Assembly: GCF_001194135.2 (NCBI RefSeq)
Contig: NC_068987.1
Span: 59,563,473-59,596,228, forward strand
Direction: 5' to 3'
DNA: 32,756 bases
Source: Octopus bimaculoides
Lineage: Eukaryota
Under the pieces are notes generated by a model. That model saw nothing but the letters and a program-made list of their open reading frames with translations, was not told where the DNA came from and ran no database searches. Position numbers and translations under genes: made by a program. Each line of letters opens with the position of its first letter. Within the stretch, counting starts at the first letter, position 1. Below are positions 32,586 to 32,756 of the stretch, in pieces.

Positions 32586-32756
32586 TCTTTTATTCTTTTA
32601 CTTGTTTCAGTCATTTGACTGTGGCCATGCTGGAGCACCGCCTTTAGTCGAGCAAATTGACCTTAGGACTTATTCTTTGTAAGCCTAGTACTTATTCTAT
32701 CGGTCTCTTTTGCCGAACCGCTAAGTTACGGGGACGTAAACACACCACCATCGGTT
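32586..32756 (-). mobile_element. SINE family D, 3' part running off the window
   Basis: tcttttacttgtttcagtcatttgactgtggccatgctggagcaccgcc...gccgaaccgctaagttacggggacgtaaacacacc; recognised from memory as an abundant octopus repeat. Confidence 0.6.

Overview
AT-rich animal genomic DNA. The SINE and microsatellite repertoire suggests an octopus or other coleoid cephalopod (inference). The window lies almost entirely inside one minus-strand gene, GNPTAB (GlcNAc-1-phosphotransferase alpha/beta precursor, Stealth family). I reconstructed 19 consecutive GT-AG coding exons from 29703 down to 736. Splice phases are compatible at every junction and give one open frame of 2483 nt (827 codons + 2 nt). 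It encodes Stealth CR1, CR2 and CR3, two LNR/Notch repeats, the DMAP1-binding-like motif and the site-1-protease cleavage site. The first coding exon and the 3' exons are not visible; exon 1 is either beyond the window or in the 744-N gap at 30406-31149. Introns are packed with decayed mobile elements: a Penelope RT, two L1/Tx1 3' fragments, a CR1-type fragment, Tigger/pogo and mariner remnants, TTAA-flanked MITEs and several SINE families. I found no convincing novel multi-gene system. The items most worth checking are a ~300-bp foldback next to a splice donor, a second conserved S1P-like site, an unidentified decayed coding-like block in one intron, modular VNTR-like SINE copies, and inverted SINE pairs flanking exons. 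All family assignments come from motif recognition, not database searches.
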